A stretch of 64,000 nt of DNA. Origin: an uncultured Planctomycetota bacterium. GTDB lineage: Bacteria > Planctomycetota > Planctomycetia > Pirellulales > Lacipirellulaceae. The stretch's first letter is position 1. Each line of letters begins with the position of its first letter. The notes under the pieces are model-generated. The model worked only from the letters and a program-made list of their open reading frames with translations. It ran no database searches and was not told where the DNA came from. Location: NCBI GenBank assembly GCA_963719315.1, contig CAVRBU010000002.1, positions 1,568,001 through 1,632,000 on the forward strand, written 5' to 3'. This document shows positions 46,879 through 58,164 of this stretch, piece by piece. The position numbers and the translations under genes are program-made.

Positions 46879-48046
46879 GATGTGATCCTCCGGTAGACTG
46901 CTTCTTGAGCATTGAAAATCGAGACTGGGCAAAAATGCTCTTGCACGTAGGCCCGAGCGTTGGCTCCGGTTCTAAGTCGCAGTACCTTGTCCGCGAGAAA
47001 ATCGCGCATCCCGGCCGCGATCGACGCATCATCGTGCGGATCCACCAACCGTCCCACGTTGTTCGACACAACTTCGGGCATCCCGCCTACATTCGAGACG
47101 ACGACCGGTTTGCCGCTGGCCATCGCCTCCAACACGGCCATGAAGTAATCCGACGGTCCATACGAATTCAGGAACGGCGCCACCAACAGGTCGCATGCTT
47201 GCATCAGCGCCGGCATGTTGTTCACGATTCCCTTTTGGATTATGCAGGAATCCAACTTCAAATCATGGACCGCCTGCGCCAAATTCGCAAGATCGGTGTC
47301 CGACGCAGTATGCTTCAGTTCCGTCGTAATGATAACTTTGATATTGGGAAATTCGTGCCGCAATCGATGAATTGCCCGCAGCATGCCGATAGCGTTTTTT
47401 TGCGGCTTGGCGTTGCCGACAAAGAGCACGACCATTTCGTCGTCGGCGATCCCCAATTCCCGTCGCGCTGTCTGCCCTTCAACCGGGTGCGAAAACCGCT
47501 CCGCGTCTAGCGCGGGACGAATCACCTCCACATCCCGAATTCCATAATCGGCCAGTGACGTGGCCGTGTTGTTGCTGACCGCGCCTCGCCAGTCGAGGCC
47601 ATTCGCCCAGCGCTTGATCAAGGCGTGGACAATGGGAAGCCGCCATCTGCCAGTTGGCGAATCGGACAATACATCGTGTGAAGCGTGGGCAATCCCACTT
47701 TCGACTTAAGTCGGCCCGATATCAGATAGTAATCGGCAAATCCACTATGAACGTGCACAACATCAAAGTCATCGCGGCGCTGCCTCACCCATTGGACGGC
47801 CGCTCGGCAAAGCGTGAGGCCAAATCGCGCAGTTCCCGTTTTCGCGTGGGCAAACAAGCTGTAAGCCGTCGGACCATCGCTGATCTCGACCGGACCACAG
47901 TGACCTCCGATGTACGATAAAATGGTCACTTCTTCGCCGGCTTGATGCTGCGCCAATGCAAGTGACATTACGCACGAAGCATGCCCCCCAACTACCGTAC
48001 GGCCGCCAAAATACGGGAACTGCGGAGTGATGTGCAGTATCCGCAT
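46875..48046 (-). CDS. GT4 glycosyltransferase (frameshift near 47660)
   Basis: MRILHITP...FDVVHVH; LFVGN, VLEAMASGKPVVVSNVGGMPEVV. Confidence 0.87.
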
Positions 48047-48763
48047 AAATCGTATCGATCCCGCATCGAATTCCAGAAACTCAATGGCCGTGTAAGACTA
48101 AAGCTTACACCATCCGTTGGAGTGCGTCCAATTGGCCGAACCCAACCAAAGCCTTCTTCAACGCACGGTATTCGCGTTGCAACCGAATGATTTGATTTGT
48201 TCGCGGGAGGTAAATCAATTGTTGTTATCGGATGTCTGTTGTTGCCTCGATCACAGCCTGGATGGCAGTAATACCGAACCGCTTTCTGAACGAGGTTCGA
48301 GAACGTCAAGGCGATTGAAAATTTGGCCTAACATGGACGATGTCTTGTATGTCAACACTTCGGCTTCGGTCGTGCCTCGGTCGGCAAGAGAGCATCTAGG
48401 ATTTGTCGCATCGGCGAAGAATTTGCAGCGGCCTACCGGGGGGGCACTACACGCTCTCGAATAAAGCTGAACTGGTAGGGGATGACTGCACGGAAAAAGT
48501 AGTCCCATAGCAACCGTCCGCTCAAAACGACCAGTGACTATCCCGCAAAGCTCCGAACAATTTTATGGACTTTCCTGGCAAAATCATATAAATTAGATGA
48601 TGATATGGTGCTCGCTCCTTCACGTCAGTTGAAGGCCAGGGAACAGACTTCTGCCTGATAGCATGACCGACATTCGTCTTCCCATCTTGATGCTCTTTAC
48701 AGCTGCTCGTATCTGAAGGTGCCATTCAAGATGGACAATAATGACATCAGCAGACCAAACATA

Positions 48764-50125
48764 ATGCAGCGGAGCACGCAAATTGGCGTCGCCTTGTTGT
48801 CGTCCACTGCAATATGGTTGTTCTCCTGCGCGCCCGCTCAGGCACTAATCGTGGCGGCGACCGGCACGACGGTGAACCCCGCAGCCTATCCCGACTGGAC
48901 GCAGGGCGATCCAGGATGGGCGAATGTAACCGAAGCTGGCTCCAATTACGTTTATCTTGGCGACCGGTGGATTTTATCCGCTCGGCACGTCGGCGTCAGC
49001 GACGCGATCTTCGGTACCGGCACGTTTACGCCGATTGCCGGTCAGGATTACGTGATTCACAATCCGCCGCCAGCGTTAGCCAATGGACTTTCGCTTAGCA
49101 CGGAAACCGATTTGCGGCTAATTCGCCTTAACGCCGACCCGGGGTTGCCAGCACTGACGATCGCATCGCAGTCGCCGCCGAATGTCGGCGCGATTGGCTC
49201 GCAGATTATGTTTGTGGGGCATGGTCCGACGCGACTTGCATCCGAAACGAACTGGCAGGTGAATCAATCCGATTCTAAGAATTGGATCTGGACGGAAGTG
49301 CCCAGCGGCGGCAACTATCACGGCTACAAGACGACCGGCCCGTCCGTCAAGCGGTGGGGAACCAACCGCTTAGCCAGTCCTGCCGACCCGATATATCAAA
49401 GTGTCTTCAATGGCACTCTGAGTAATACCACCGCCGTGCAGTCGATCAAAGGCGGTGATAACGTCACCCGCGATGTGATTTCCATGCTGACGTCGTTTGA
49501 CCAGCAGGGGCAGAACGGCGCCTTGTCGTTCGAATCCCAGGCCGTATCTGGAAACTCAGGTAGCGCCGTCTTCTACAACAATGGAAGCCAGTGGCAATTG
49601 GCGGGCATCGTCAATACGGTTCTTACCTACAACAATCAATCCACGTTATGGGGTGTGTACACCGACGCGACAACCTTTGCCGACCTGTCGTACTACAACA
49701 AACCGTATCAAGGAAGTATTTGCGACGTCATGAAGAGCTGCGGAAACTACTCGATCGTCGGCGATGTGAATCTCGATGGCAGTGTTTCAGGTGATGGAAC
49801 TGGGCCGTCGCAAACCGACGACGTGACCGCTTTCGTTGCTGGGTGGAATTTTGATAACGGCGCTGGCGCTGGTGACTACAACTCCTGGACGCATGGCGAC
49901 ATGAATCACGACGGCAAGACGGATGCCAATGACTTCTTCTTGTTCCGGGGCGCGCTAAGCGGGCAGCCTGGCGCCGCCGCTCTCAATACGCTTTTTGCCG
50001 GTCAATTGCCGTTCGACGGCGACGCCAACGTCGTGCCGGAACCCCTTGCCGTCAGCCTTGCATTGGTAGCCTTGGTGCTTTTTGCGTTCGGCAAAAGGCG
50101 CCGTCTGGCCTTCCTGTTGGGCTAG
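48764..50125 (+). CDS. PEP-CTERM surface protein with a trypsin-like domain and dockerin-like repeats
   Basis: Signal peptide; WILSARHVG, TDLRLIRL and AVSGNSGSAVF; GDVNLDG and GDMNHDGKTDANDF; C-terminal VPEP, TM segment and KRRR. Confidence 0.85.
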   Translation: MQRSTQIGVALLSSTAIWLFSCAPAQALIVAATGTTVNPAAYPDWTQGDPGWANVTEAGSNYVYLGDRWILSARHVGVSDAIFGTGTFTPIAGQDYVIHNPPPALANGLSLSTETDLRLIRLNADPGLPALTIASQSPPNVGAIGSQIMFVGHGPTRLASETNWQVNQSDSKNWIWTEVPSGGNYHGYKTTGPSVKRWGTNRLASPADPIYQSVFNGTLSNTTAVQSIKGGDNVTRDVISMLTSFDQQGQNGALSFESQAVSGNSGSAVFYNNGSQWQLAGIVNTVLTYNNQSTLWGVYTDATTFADLSYYNKPYQGSICDVMKSCGNYSIVGDVNLDGSVSGDGTGPSQTDDVTAFVAGWNFDNGAGAGDYNSWTHGDMNHDGKTDANDFFLFRGALSGQPGAAALNTLFAGQLPFDGDANVVPEPLAVSLALVALVLFAFGKRRRLAFLLG

Positions 50126-50258
50126 AGTCATAGTGCTGTTGTTTGAGGTAGTCCTCAAAAGCAGGACAACTGATGCCCGTACGGCACACCGGCTGTTCGA
50201 TTCCGCAGTCGCTTTATAGTTCTTTCGATGGTGCGTGCATCTCTGTCTAGAATTCACA

Positions 50259-51479
50259 ATGCGAATTATTGTTCACGACTACGCGGGACATCCATTTGAG
50301 GTGCAGCTTAGCCGCGAATTGGCCGCTCTCGGTCACCATGTGTTGCATCTCTATTGTGAATCCACGCATACTCCGCGGTGCCTTGAGCCGCTCGAGGAGC
50401 GACCCCAGCACATTCGATATCTGTGGGGTTGGACTTTCGGAGACAATCCCCAAAACGAACTTTTTTCGGAGGTTCGAACTCGAGTCGGAATACGCTCACA
50501 AGCTTCTTGCCGTCTGCGACCAATTTCAGCCCGCGGCGGTCCTCTCTGCAAACACGCCGTCGATTCCAGAGCATCGTTTGGCCCGCTGGTGCCGGCTCGG
50601 AAATGTCCGATTATTTTCCTGGATCCAAGATATCTACGGTTTGGCAGCTTACCGCCTGCTAAGTAAGAAATTGCCGGTCATCGGGCATATCGTGGGCCAA
50701 TACTTCATTAGGCTCGATAAGTGGTCCGCCCGTCATAGCGCGGGGCTCATCGTGATCAGCGAGGACTTCCGCGAAGTATTTCGCGGCTGGGGAATCGAAA
50801 AGTCACGGATTCACGTCATTCACAATTGGGCGCCGCTGGATGAAATGCCACGGCGGCCTCGCGAAAACGATTGGTCAAGATCGCAAGATTTTGGCGCCGG
50901 TCTACGATTCCTATACGCGGGAACGTTGGCGATGAAGCACAATCCGGCCCTGTTGATGGAATTGGCACGCACACTTGAACACCCTGCGAGGGGCGAACTG
51001 GTAGTGGTTTCAGAAGGGCCTGGCGTGGAATGGCTTTCAGCACAGGCTGCCGCGCAAAAGATAAAATCGTTGCGATGTATGGGCTTTCAACCGTTCGAGT
51101 CCCTACCAGATGTACTGGGCAGCGCGGACGTCCTGGTCGCCATCCTCGAGGCCGACGCCGGCGTTTTTAGCGTTCCGTCGAAAGTCCTCAGCTACTTCGT
51201 GCCGGCCGCCCCGTACTGCTGGCGGTCCCCAAGGAGAATCAGGCCGCCAAACTCGTCGTGCAATCACACGCGGGATTGGTCGTCGAGCCGAACGACATCG
51301 CCGGCTTTTGTTCCGCGGCACGACAACTCATTGATTCACCGCAACTCCGCGACCAGTCAGGTGAATCCGCTCGCGCATATGCAGAAGCGAATTTCGACAT
51401 TCACCGCATCGGCAAACAATTCGAGGCCATCCTCGAAAGTGGGAGCTTGCCACCAAGCTCGCCGGTAGAACCAGTGTAA
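50259..51479 (+). CDS. GT4 glycosyltransferase, WcaI-like (frameshifts)
   Basis: MRIIVHDYAGHPF, WIQDIY, IHNW, LYAGTLAMKH and FSVPSKVLSY. Confidence 0.85.
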
Positions 51480-51742
51480 GCGCGGCGCTTTTGTCGAGAT
51501 TTCAGCCTGTTCCGAGCAGCTTTCCGAAAAAGCTTTCGGATCTTTAGGCAGGTCGCCTAATATCGCTTTGCTGGCGGAGAAGCACTCGGCGATCCGCCAC
51601 GCGACCGTGACCAAATCGCCAGTCGAGGTCTCGGCATATCGTCGCTTGATTTCGGCGATTGCGCAAGTGGTCCTGAGCGTAGCCGAGCAGCGAGGTCTCG
51701 GTGAGATTTGATACCGCTGGGACCGTCATAGCGAAGTAAAAA

Positions 51743-51832
51743 CCCTCTCCCTCTGGGAGAGGGCAGGGTGAGGGAATCTTGGCTTTCGACGCTCCACCCT
51801 CCCCCCCAATCCTCTCCCAGAGGGAGAAGAAG
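51743..51832. repeat. Inverted pair of CCCTCTCCC/GGGAGAGGG REP-like palindromes
   Basis: ccctctccctctgggagagggcagggtgaggg ... ccctcccccccaatcctctcccagagggagaag. Confidence 0.8.
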
Positions 51833-51999
51833 ATAAAGCAGCGCCTCTGTCGATGAGAATAATGTCGGCCGCCCCAGGCCGCCGTTTCTAAACGCCCTCA
51901 AAAATTGCACGACTGGCCAGCTCTCGCACTAAAAGTGTCAAACTCCAAAGCCCGGCGGCTGCGTGCCGATTGAATCCCCATGGATTTCGCTCCGCTCAT

Positions 52000-54207
52000 C
52001 TAATCTTCGTCGCCGGCAGGAGTGAGTCGCTTGTATTCGGCGGCCATCCAGCGCGGGATATCCACTTTGTACCATTGCGAGAAACGGTTTTCACTGGGAC
52101 CGCCGGGCAAATTGGTCCAGGCTTCGTCGACACCCATGTCGGTCACAAAATGGTACGTGGGAGCGAACGTGGTTTCGCGCGTGGCCGTCGTCATGATGTG
52201 GCCCTGAAACGGCGTGGCGTGGCAGCCGGGCATCGCAATTGGTTTTGATTTGAAGCCCAGTAGCCGGCCGCCGCGGGCACTGCCGAAGAAGCGATTGACG
52301 AAGTGAAACGTGTTGAACTCCGACCAGGGCACCACGGGTTCCCTTTGGGCCAGTTCGGCCGCTTGTTGAATGAGAGTTTTCTTGTTGCGGCCGCGCCACC
52401 AGGCGGAGGTCACCTTGCGGAGCGTGCGATCGATCGCGGTGAGGACCATCGTCGAATACCCCATCCGCGTGCACAGGTAAAACATTCGCCGCCAGCCGAT
52501 GCCCTGCTCGTTGCCGAAGATTTGCAGCACTACGTGGCGATAGAAGTGCTGAAACAGCGTCGCCTCGGTGCTGGTCGGAGTGTAGCGATAATCCCAAGCC
52601 GAAAGCTTTGCTTTGAGTGGGCAGTCGTCGACGAGCGCCAACAATACGGGCAACAGGTCGCGAGCTTGCACGCTGAGCACATCGTATTGCAGGCTCTGCA
52701 TATCGGCGATCGTGGCTTTCGGCATCTCGGTCAGCCGTTCGACGATTCGCCGTTTGCGATAGTCGGGCTGCGCATGGGCGTGGAGCGGCGGCCCATCGCG
52801 GCGGTACAGCTCTTCGTTTGCGCTTGCGATGAATCCGATGGCGGGATCGTACTCGCGCGGCAACAAGTCGACACGCACGCGGCCTTGCCAATGGTTTTCC
52901 GATTCCCAGGCGGCGACGGGTAGGATGCCCGAGTTACCGCCGCCGCGTTGCGGCAGCCAGCCGCTGGCCTGCAAGCCGATGTGCCCCTCGCGGTCGGCAA
53001 ACAGCCACACCAGCGATGGGTGCGGACCGATGCGCACGGTTTCCATCGCGGCCGCGGCGTTCGGAGCCGTGATGACATCCAGCCAGGTTCCGATCGCGCG
53101 GCCGCCATCGGCCTGCTCGCCGATCCAACTCACCGAAAGGTACTTGCCGGGTCCCTCGGCTGGATTGGGCGTGGTGCTCAAGATTCCCTGTTCGTTTTCG
53201 TACACATTCAGCGTGATCGGCTCCGCTCCTTTGCGACGAATAATCTCCTGGCGGCGCTGGAAATCGAACCAGCGGTCGCCACGGCGAAACTGCCAACCGG
53301 TCGAGCCTCCAGGTTGACAATCCTCGATGAAGAAGTCGCTCGTATCCGCGTGCATGTACGTGACGCCCCACGCCATATTGTGGGAGCGGCCGACGGCCAT
53401 GATCGGGCAACCCGGCAGCGTGGCGCCCATCGCATATTCGCCATCACCCCAGCGCAGTGCGACCTCGTACCAGATCGACGGCAATCGATTGACTTCGAGA
53501 TGCGGATCGGACGCCAGCATGGCGTGGCCGGTTGCGCTCCGCCCGGGGCTGACGGCCCAGGCATTGCTGCCGGCCAAGCGTGGCAGATCAGCCAGCACTT
53601 CGAGCGTTTCGTCGGACAGCCGCTTTGCGATGCGAATTTCGCGAAGCGGTTCGAAATCGATACCGTCCAGGTACGGATGGAAAAGTTCGCGGAGCCGCTC
53701 ATCATCGACGCCTAGTTGGATGAGCTCCAGGAGCAGCCGTTCGTTCTCTTGTTCGCCCACAGTGAGGCCGGCGAAGCTCAACAGTTTGCCGATGAGCAGC
53801 ACGGACACCGGCTCCCACGGTCGCGGGCGAAAGCCTGTAACCCACATGGGCAGCGTACGGCCGGCCTCGACGAGGCCGTCATTCACGCCTTGGCAGTACC
53901 AATCGAGTTGCTCCCGAGTTTTGGTGGGCAGCCGGCGGATCTCGAGATCCAAGTCGCGGTACAGTCCGGCCCGCCGCAGAAAGATATCCATCTCCTGCAG
54001 CTCAGGCTTGTTGGCGATTCGCTCGGCCGCCTGGCCGCCGGCGATCGCGCGGGCGAAATAGACTTGCGTGGGCCGATCGATCGCGTGCATGTAGCCCCAG
54101 GCGTAGAGGGCTTCGAGCCACGTGGCGGCCTCGACGTGCGGCACGCCGTTCTCATCTCGCGCCGCCTTGAATTTGTATCGAGCCGCCTTGGCCGCAATCG
54201 GTTCCAT
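52000..54207 (-). CDS. Penicillin acylase family Ntn-hydrolase (S45)
   Basis: RDENGVPHV, GYMHAIDR, GSNAWAV (autoprocessing Ser), ASDPHL, PSIWYE and FIASAN. Confidence 0.92.
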   Translation of the reverse strand: MEPIAAKAARYKFKAARDENGVPHVEAATWLEALYAWGYMHAIDRPTQVYFARAIAGGQAAERIANKPELQEMDIFLRRAGLYRDLDLEIRRLPTKTREQLDWYCQGVNDGLVEAGRTLPMWVTGFRPRPWEPVSVLLIGKLLSFAGLTVGEQENERLLLELIQLGVDDERLRELFHPYLDGIDFEPLREIRIAKRLSDETLEVLADLPRLAGSNAWAVSPGRSATGHAMLASDPHLEVNRLPSIWYEVALRWGDGEYAMGATLPGCPIMAVGRSHNMAWGVTYMHADTSDFFIEDCQPGGSTGWQFRRGDRWFDFQRRQEIIRRKGAEPITLNVYENEQGILSTTPNPAEGPGKYLSVSWIGEQADGGRAIGTWLDVITAPNAAAAMETVRIGPHPSLVWLFADREGHIGLQASGWLPQRGGGNSGILPVAAWESENHWQGRVRVDLLPREYDPAIGFIASANEELYRRDGPPLHAHAQPDYRKRRIVERLTEMPKATIADMQSLQYDVLSVQARDLLPVLLALVDDCPLKAKLSAWDYRYTPTSTEATLFQHFYRHVVLQIFGNEQGIGWRRMFYLCTRMGYSTMVLTAIDRTLRKVTSAWWRGRNKKTLIQQAAELAQREPVVPWSEFNTFHFVNRFFGSARGGRLLGFKSKPIAMPGCHATPFQGHIMTTATRETTFAPTYHFVTDMGVDEAWTNLPGGPSENRFSQWYKVDIPRWMAAEYKRLTPAGDED

Positions 54208-54499
54208 TCCAGAAGTGTATCGCACGACTGCAGGTTGAGGAAATTGCAGTGACGGTGGGTAGCGCTTCGGCTTGGGCCTGTCACCCTGAGATATTTCAAA
54301 AAGGGTCGGGCCGGATTCCTCAGAGTACCTTCATATGAGAAATCGTTGAATGGCCCGTTATCGGAACGTCGTCACCGACCCATGATGGACCGCTCATGGT
54401 TCAATAGAGCGATATTGCGGCGCACAGCTTGAGCGCAGACGAAATCATAACTCGCGCAATCTGAGAAATGAGCCGCGAAGAGGCGCGTCTCAAGTAAGA

Positions 54500-54589
54500 C
54501 TATTTCTTGCGGTGGCGAATTTTCGCACGCATGCGGCGTTTCTTACGCCCCAGCTTTCGCCGACCCTTTCCTGATTTTCTTGTGCCCAA
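54500..54589 (-). CDS. 29-aa Lys/Arg-rich small protein, candidate ribosome-associated peptide
   Basis: TTG start after a GGAG RBS: MGTRKSGKGRRKLGRKKRRMRAKIRHRKK*. Below the ORF-track length cutoff. Confidence 0.7.
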   Translation of the reverse strand: MGTRKSGKGRRKLGRKKRRMRAKIRHRKK

Positions 54590-54642
54590 GGCAATCTCCG
54601 TGTTCAAAAATAATTCTTCGAGCCGACCGATGGTAATTCATG

Positions 54643-54672
54643 ATTTTAGCTTGACTCTTGGTAATGACGCAA
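54643..54672 (-). promoter_or_regulatory. Putative sigma70 promoter for the small basic ORF
   Basis: Minus strand reads TTGCGT-N18-TAAAAT. Confidence 0.45.
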
Positions 54673-54981
54673 GAGTGACGCGGCAAAGGCGGTGTTTGAT
54701 GCAATACGCTGTGCGCTTTAGAAGAATGCTGGTCTCAATTCGATGAGTCAGGAATACCGAGCTCTAGGCGAATTCGAACGCATCGGGCGTGTGCAGACCA
54801 AACTTCCGTTTAACACTCCTTGTTGTGACGGTCACACTGCAAGGGTCTATCTCAGCTTGTCGTATAATTCGCCGCAGAAGCAGGACACGCCAAAACGTAT
54901 CTCGAAAAGTTTCTTGCTGGCAAACTTGGCTCAGTTTCTTCAAGGCTCTACTCGCGTCTCGGAGACGCGGCCATATGGGGG

Positions 54982-56073
54982 TTAAACGTTGAATAGGAAG
55001 TGGCAAACATCTTTGTCTTGCATCACATAGGTCTTGCCTTCCAGTCGCAGCTTGCCGGCCTCGCGAATAGCTTTTTCGCTGCAGTACTGTACCAGATCGT
55101 CGACCGAATAGACTTCCACGCGGATGAAGCCTCGCTCGAAGTCGGTGTGAATGACTCCGGCCGCCTGCGGCGCGGTCGCGCCCACGGGAATCGTCCACGC
55201 GCGAATCTCCTTGGGGCCGGCAGTGTAATAACTTTGCAGGCCCAAGAGCTTGTAGGCGGCGCGGGCCAGCGGGGCGAGCGCTGGTTCGTCCAAACCCACA
55301 CTCTGCAACATTTCGGCGCGGTCTGCTTCGTCTAGCTCGGCGACTTCGGCTTCGATCCGTGCGCTCACAGGAACCACTTGGCTGCCTTCGGCGATCGCTC
55401 GCTTCCGCACGAGTTCGACCATTGGACTAGTGCCCGCCAGATCAACTTCGCTGACGTTGGCTACGTACAATACACGCTTCGATGTGAGCAGTTGCAAGTC
55501 ACGGAATATCAACGTCGATGCGGGATCATCGTACGACAGGGCGCGAACCGGCTTGCCCGCAGCCAACAATGCCTCGCATTCCTGGAGGATTTCCAGCCTC
55601 CGTTTGGCGTCCGGCCCGCCCAGCCGGATTTGCTTGGCTGCGCGGTCAACCATACCTTCGACCGCTTGCAGGTCGGCCAGCATCAGCTCAGTGTCGATCG
55701 TTTCGATATCGCGGAGTGGATCGACGCTGCCCTCCACATGGACGACGTTTTCATCTTCGTAGCAGCGAACGACGTGGAGGATCGCATCTACGTTTCGCAA
55801 ATTGCCTAGGAACTTGTTGCCGAGACCTTCGCCCTGCGACGCGCCGCGCACGAGGCCGGCAATATCGACGAGCTGAAAAATGGCCGGAACGATCTTCTCG
55901 GTCTCGATGAACTTGTTAATTGTCGCCAGCCGCGGATCGGGGATGGCGACGGCGCCGACATTCGGCTCGATCGTGCAGAACGGGTAGTTTTCACTCGCAA
56001 TCCCCGCGGCCGTGAGCGCGTTGAAGAGGGTGCTCTTGCCGACGTTCGGTAAACCAACGATACCTGCTTCCAT
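54982..56073 (-). CDS. ychF: Redox-regulated ATPase YchF
   Basis: [46 protein letters not shown] and [14 protein letters not shown]. Confidence 0.97.
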   Translation of the reverse strand: MEAGIVGLPNVGKSTLFNALTAAGIASENYPFCTIEPNVGAVAIPDPRLATINKFIETEKIVPAIFQLVDIAGLVRGASQGEGLGNKFLGNLRNVDAILHVVRCYEDENVVHVEGSVDPLRDIETIDTELMLADLQAVEGMVDRAAKQIRLGGPDAKRRLEILQECEALLAAGKPVRALSYDDPASTLIFRDLQLLTSKRVLYVANVSEVDLAGTSPMVELVRKRAIAEGSQVVPVSARIEAEVAELDEADRAEMLQSVGLDEPALAPLARAAYKLLGLQSYYTAGPKEIRAWTIPVGATAPQAAGVIHTDFERGFIRVEVYSVDDLVQYCSEKAIREAGKLRLEGKTYVMQDKDVCHFLFNV

Positions 56074-56359
56074 GTGTCCTGCTCGTCCCTCGCCTTTGCC
56101 CTATTCAAACGCGAAAGTATAACCGCAAAGCCGCGAATCTCACAAAGAGTCGCTTCAAGCCAAATCGATGGAGCCCTCGTGGTAATAGCGCGTTTCTCAC
56201 TCAGCCCACGGCTATTTTGGCGGAGTTTGCGGTCGAAAATGCCACGTTTTCACGTAGCCCAATGCAACCAAAGTCGCAATAATGCAGCGCTGAAGGGCTG
56301 CCATCCAGAATGACTATTGCGGCAACCCTCAAATCTTCTTTTGCAAGAGAGCCTGCGCC

Positions 56360-58072
56360 ATGTTTCGTATCGTACCGCCCGTGTCGTTGATGGCTATTGT
56401 CCTGATGGCGGCAATTGCCGTGCCCGCAGTCGCCGAGAACGAGGGGCAGGCGGACCTCGACAAAGCCACGCAGCTAAAGGTAACGGCCGAGACTCTCGAC
56501 GATCTGAACGAAGTCGTCGATCACGCGGACTCCGCGCTGGAAAAGGGGCTCGACGCGGACAACAAGAAATTCGCCGAGCAATTGCTCATTTCGTCGCTAC
56601 TTCAGCGGGGCCAATTGTTCGCGGTCGCTGTGTTCAACGTGCCCGCGCAGGATCCGCAACGCGGGATGCGTTCAATGCAGTTCCGGCAGTTCGCTTTGAG
56701 CGACTTGCAGCGGGCAGTAGGCTTGGACGATAGACTCACCGACGCGCAATTGCTCATCGGCAAACTGCAATCGCTGCCGCTGGGAGACAAGTCGGCCGCC
56801 CGGCGGGCACTCACGAAAGTCGTGAATACCGAGGGGGCGGAGCCCGAACAAAAGGCTGAAGCCTACGCGCTGCGGAGCGCCGTGCAGAAAGACGACAAGG
56901 ACGCAATTGCCGATTTGAACAAGGCGGTCGAGCTCCAGCCCGAAAAGCCCGACTACTTGCGACTTCGCGCCGAGCACCTGTACGAACAAGACAAATACGA
57001 TGAAGCCCTGGCCGACACGGATCTCGCGCTCAAACTGGAACCTGACCACGCCGATACAAACGAACTCCGCGGCATGATCCTGCTCAGCTTGAACAAATAC
57101 GATGAGGCTCTCAAAAGCTTCGACCGATCCAGTGAGCTCAGTCCCGAGGCGCCGCTGCCGTATCAGCATCGCGGAGAGCTGTATCGTCAAAAGGGCGATA
57201 TGCAGAAAGCATTGGAACAATTGACGAAGGCTCTGGAGTTATCGCCAAAAAACATTTCGACATTGCTCGTTCGTGCCGGAGTGTACTACGAACTCAAGCA
57301 GCCCGAAAAGGCGTTGGAAGACATCGACAAAGCGATCGAGTTGCAACCGACGCTGGCCCAGCCGCATCTTATGAAGGTTGAGATCTTGGCGTCCACGAAC
57401 CATCTCGATGAGGCGATAGCACATCTTCAGAAGCTGTTGAAGACGGCCCCCGATAACGAACTAATTCTAGACCGGTTGGGCGCTTTCTACCTGATGGCCA
57501 ACCGCCCGCGGAAGGCGATCGAGTCGGCCACGCAAATCCTGTCGCACGACCCCGATAATTTTGCGGCGCGGCGACTCCGCGCCGACGCGTACCTGAATAT
57601 TGGGAAGCACGCGGAGGCCATCGCCGACTTCGATAAGGCTCTGACGCAAAAGGAGGATGATGAGGGCCTGCTGAATAATTACGCGTGGGTGCTGGCCACG
57701 TCGCCGGACGACAAACTACGCGACGGCTCGAAGGCTTTGAAATTGGCCACCAAGGCGGCCGAAGCAAGCGGCTACGAAACGCCGCACATTTTGAGCACGC
57801 TCGCGGCCGCGTACGCGGAAACGGGCGATTTCGACAACGCGATGAAATGGTCGCAAAAGGCCGTTGAGATTTCCCAGAAGGAGGTCGCTGCGGCCAAGCC
57901 CGAGGATGACAAGGCCAAGCTGGAAGCCGACCGCGACATGCTCAAAAAAGAGCTAGAAGGTTATCGCGAACGCAAACCGGTGCGGGAACGGCAAACGGCC
58001 GAGGACGCGTCCGACTCGCCGGCGGTCGATCATGCGGCGGCGTCAAAGAGTAAAGCGGGACTCAAGGATTAG
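56360..58072 (+). CDS. Secreted tetratricopeptide-repeat protein
   Basis: Signal peptide, multiple TPRs (AIADLNKAVELQP etc.) and NNYAWVLATSPD...RDG. Confidence 0.9.
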   Translation: MFRIVPPVSLMAIVLMAAIAVPAVAENEGQADLDKATQLKVTAETLDDLNEVVDHADSALEKGLDADNKKFAEQLLISSLLQRGQLFAVAVFNVPAQDPQRGMRSMQFRQFALSDLQRAVGLDDRLTDAQLLIGKLQSLPLGDKSAARRALTKVVNTEGAEPEQKAEAYALRSAVQKDDKDAIADLNKAVELQPEKPDYLRLRAEHLYEQDKYDEALADTDLALKLEPDHADTNELRGMILLSLNKYDEALKSFDRSSELSPEAPLPYQHRGELYRQKGDMQKALEQLTKALELSPKNISTLLVRAGVYYELKQPEKALEDIDKAIELQPTLAQPHLMKVEILASTNHLDEAIAHLQKLLKTAPDNELILDRLGAFYLMANRPRKAIESATQILSHDPDNFAARRLRADAYLNIGKHAEAIADFDKALTQKEDDEGLLNNYAWVLATSPDDKLRDGSKALKLATKAAEASGYETPHILSTLAAAYAETGDFDNAMKWSQKAVEISQKEVAAAKPEDDKAKLEADRDMLKKELEGYRERKPVRERQTAEDASDSPAVDHAAASKSKAGLKD

Positions 58073-58164
58073 CGTCGGTGGGGAAGGCGAATTCTCGCCG
58101 CATGAGAGCTGTGCGCCGCGAATTCGGTCTGGCGACCGACGCTAAGAGGGCACGTCACGGAGCG

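Noticed and set aside
54645..54680. CIRCE (HrcA) operator
   Set aside because: Only partial similarity; it does not match TTAGCACTC-N9-GAGTGCTAA.
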